This document shows, piece after piece, positions 62,604 through 64,000 of a stretch of 64,000 nt of DNA (within the stretch, counting starts at the first letter, position 1; the number at the start of each line of letters is the position of its first letter). A program made the translations under genes and the position numbers. The notes beneath the pieces are model-generated. The model saw only the letters and a program-made list of their open reading frames with translations. It was not told the origin of the DNA and searched no databases. The stretch lies in IMG/VR virus record IMGVR_UViG_3300048865_000005, one strand, 5' to 3'. The DNA comes from a virus (lineage: Duplodnaviria; Heunggongvirae; Uroviricota; Caudoviricetes).

Positions 62604-63081
62604 TCTTTTTATATATTTTCCAATCTACGGAATCTCTCATATGTCCCGTATCGACTAGAGGATCGTTACGACCTTTCTCTTCAATAGTTTTGTTTGAGTT
62701 TGGAGGTTCACTCCAATCAATAATTATTCGACGCAACATACGCTTGAATTGTGGTCCAAGCTGGGAGAGTTCTTCTGTTTCTGTTGAAGTGCCTTCGAGA
62801 ATACGTTTAGCACTTTCTTTCAGTTGTCTTTGTACTCGACGATTAACCCTTACTTCACTTTTGAAACCATCTGTCATAAATGGTCGTGCTGGATAATCTT
62901 TATCGTGACCATCATTCATCCACTTAGCGACTGTCGCTACTGGAAGATTCCCATTCTCAGGACCATATACAGCATCCTCAAAGAATCCGACTTCTAATTT
63001 TGTATTGGTCTTTTGCGGGATGTTTTCTTTAAGTTTTTCCCAAATTGAGGTATCTATCTTTAAAGACAATGTATACCTCAC
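62596..63081 (-). CDS. head-tail joining protein candidate
   Basis: 161 aa. Synteny. Confidence 0.4.
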   Translation of the reverse strand: MRYTLSLKIDTSIWEKLKENIPQKTNTKLEVGFFEDAVYGPENGNLPVATVAKWMNDGHDKDYPARPFMTDGFKSEVRVNRRVQRQLKESAKRILEGTSTETEELSQLGPQFKRMLRRIIIDWSEPPNSNKTIEEKGRNDPLVDTGHMRDSVDWKIYKKND

Positions 63082-63518
63082 ATATCAAACAATTCGTCGC
63101 GGTTCCAAACATAGTGACGATAAGGGCAACGTGATAAGTGCGGAAGTCCTAAACCTACGCGGTCACGGTTATAATGACTTTGGCGTAGTTCTTCTCTTGA
63201 AGTACCACCGGCAAGAGGAATTGCATTTATGCTTCCATCAGTGCCGCTAATTACTGCATCAAGAGCTTTTGTATAAAGTTGTGCAAACTGATTCCACTCT
63301 TCCATTTCACCGGCAGTTTCACGATGAGGATATTGTGCAATCTGAAATTTTAGTACCTTAGCTGCATCAACAGCCGCTAGGCGTTCATTTTTCTTGTTCT
63401 TATCAATTAGGTACTGGTATGTATTGTCATCCAGTATTTCAAAGTCAGCGAAAACGTCACCAACTGTTAGCCGCACTCTATCAGTAGCAGAAGTTGCGGG
63501 ACTATTAGAGTAAGGCAT
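63078..63518 (-). CDS. head-tail connector/adaptor candidate
   Basis: 146 aa. Synteny. Confidence 0.4.
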   Translation of the reverse strand: MPYSNSPATSATDRVRLTVGDVFADFEILDDNTYQYLIDKNKKNERLAAVDAAKVLKFQIAQYPHRETAGEMEEWNQFAQLYTKALDAVISGTDGSINAIPLAGGTSREELRQSHYNRDRVGLGLPHLSRCPYRHYVWNRDELFDM

Positions 63519-63580
63519 TTGTAATCCTTATAAAGCTTTAGAGATGAAAAAGGGGAACCCGAAGATTCCCCATATCCGTA

Positions 63581-64000
63581 TTACTTCTTCAAGAGGTAAG
63601 AACGAACGATTTCTTGCGGACGACTTACGAAGTTCAGCAAGTTAGTTTCGGTCTCAACTTCAATAATCTCGTCTTTCGGATCACGGTATTCCCAAGCGTA
63701 AGAAGCCTGAGCCGTTTTGTTGATCGAAGAGAACTTATTAGCAGTTGCGTAGTAAGTTTTGAACAGATCATCAACACCCAGCGGCAGGAAGTATGCGTCA
63801 CCAGCAGGGATGAAAGTGTAATTCGCTTGCGGACGAACTTCATAGAAAGTTACGCCTTGGAATTCGAACGAACGATACAGAACACCGAACTGACCAGTTA
63901 CACGGTCCAACAGCAGGTTACGTACACCGCCTGCAAGCTGAGCTTTCAGGATATCAGTTACATAAGCATTGCTGATTAGCGCGTGGAAGTAAGCCGGGGA
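63581..64000 (-). CDS. partial CDS, C-terminal part of a larger structural protein (possibly major capsid protein)
   Basis: The reading frame stays open on minus all the way to the window edge, beyond the ORF-track TTG start. Position upstream of the head-tail genes. Confidence 0.4.
   Translation of the reverse strand, partial: SPAYFHALISNAYVTDILKAQLAGGVRNLLLDRVTGQFGVLYRSFEFQGVTFYEVRPQANYTFIPAGDAYFLPLGVDDLFKTYYATANKFSSINKTAQASYAWEYRDPKDEIIEVETETNLLNFVSRPQEIVRSYLLKK

Overview
This window reads as a contiguous segment of a tailed dsDNA bacteriophage genome. It is AT-rich (roughly 40% GC). Embedded overlapping Rz/Rz1-type spanins, one with a lipobox, point to a Gram-negative host. I found no rRNA, tRNA, CRISPR array, integrase or transposase.

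Three transcriptional blocks are visible:
- (1) Early block, about 1-16255, mostly on the minus strand. It holds dozens of small early genes driven by at least 10 near-consensus sigma70-type promoters (TTGACW-N17-TATAAT) that share a conserved spacer (ATTATAAGYACTTRTAA on the plus strand). This block also contains a plus-strand type-Ib-like ParA/RHH partition cassette flanked by iteron arrays, a K/P/A-rich histone-like protein, a GC-rich moron, and a T5orf172 (GIY-YIG-like) protein next to a 423-aa early protein.
- (2) Replication and nucleotide-metabolism block, 16492-44611 on the plus strand. Genes are preceded by a conserved ~26-nt motif (CYAAC-TTTTTTGAAACAWTT). It encodes:
  - a T7 gp4-like primase-helicase;
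  - a family A DNA polymerase;
  - a gp2.5-like SSB ending in DDDIPF;
  - a vWA-domain protein;
  - a FEN-type 5'-3' exonuclease;
  - two HNH/AP2 homing-endonuclease-like genes;
  - a DEDD-type exonuclease;
  - a HAD nucleotidase;
  - MazG;
  - glutaredoxin-like, ThyX, RNR beta and RNR alpha;
  - a T4 Rnl2-like RNA ligase split into two overlapping ORFs;
  - an SPFH-domain lipoprotein.
- (3) Late block, 64000 down to 44728 on the minus strand. Reading in transcription order it encodes:
  - a partial capsid-like gene and four head-tail joining proteins;
  - a putative tail sheath;
  - three tandem paralogous tube-like proteins;
  - a tail assembly chaperone with an apparent -1 frameshifted extension;
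  - a tape measure protein;
  - a Mu/P2-like baseplate (hub, spike V, W/gp25, J, I);
  - a tail fiber;
  - a lysis cassette (SAR endolysin of GH24 type, holin, overlapping i/o-spanins).

A strong terminator at about 44630-44661 closes the late block.

Coordinates for ORF-track genes follow the supplied track, which uses alternative start codons. Several true starts are probably a little downstream, and I note these per feature. Functional calls rest on motifs I recognised by eye; they are not database hits.
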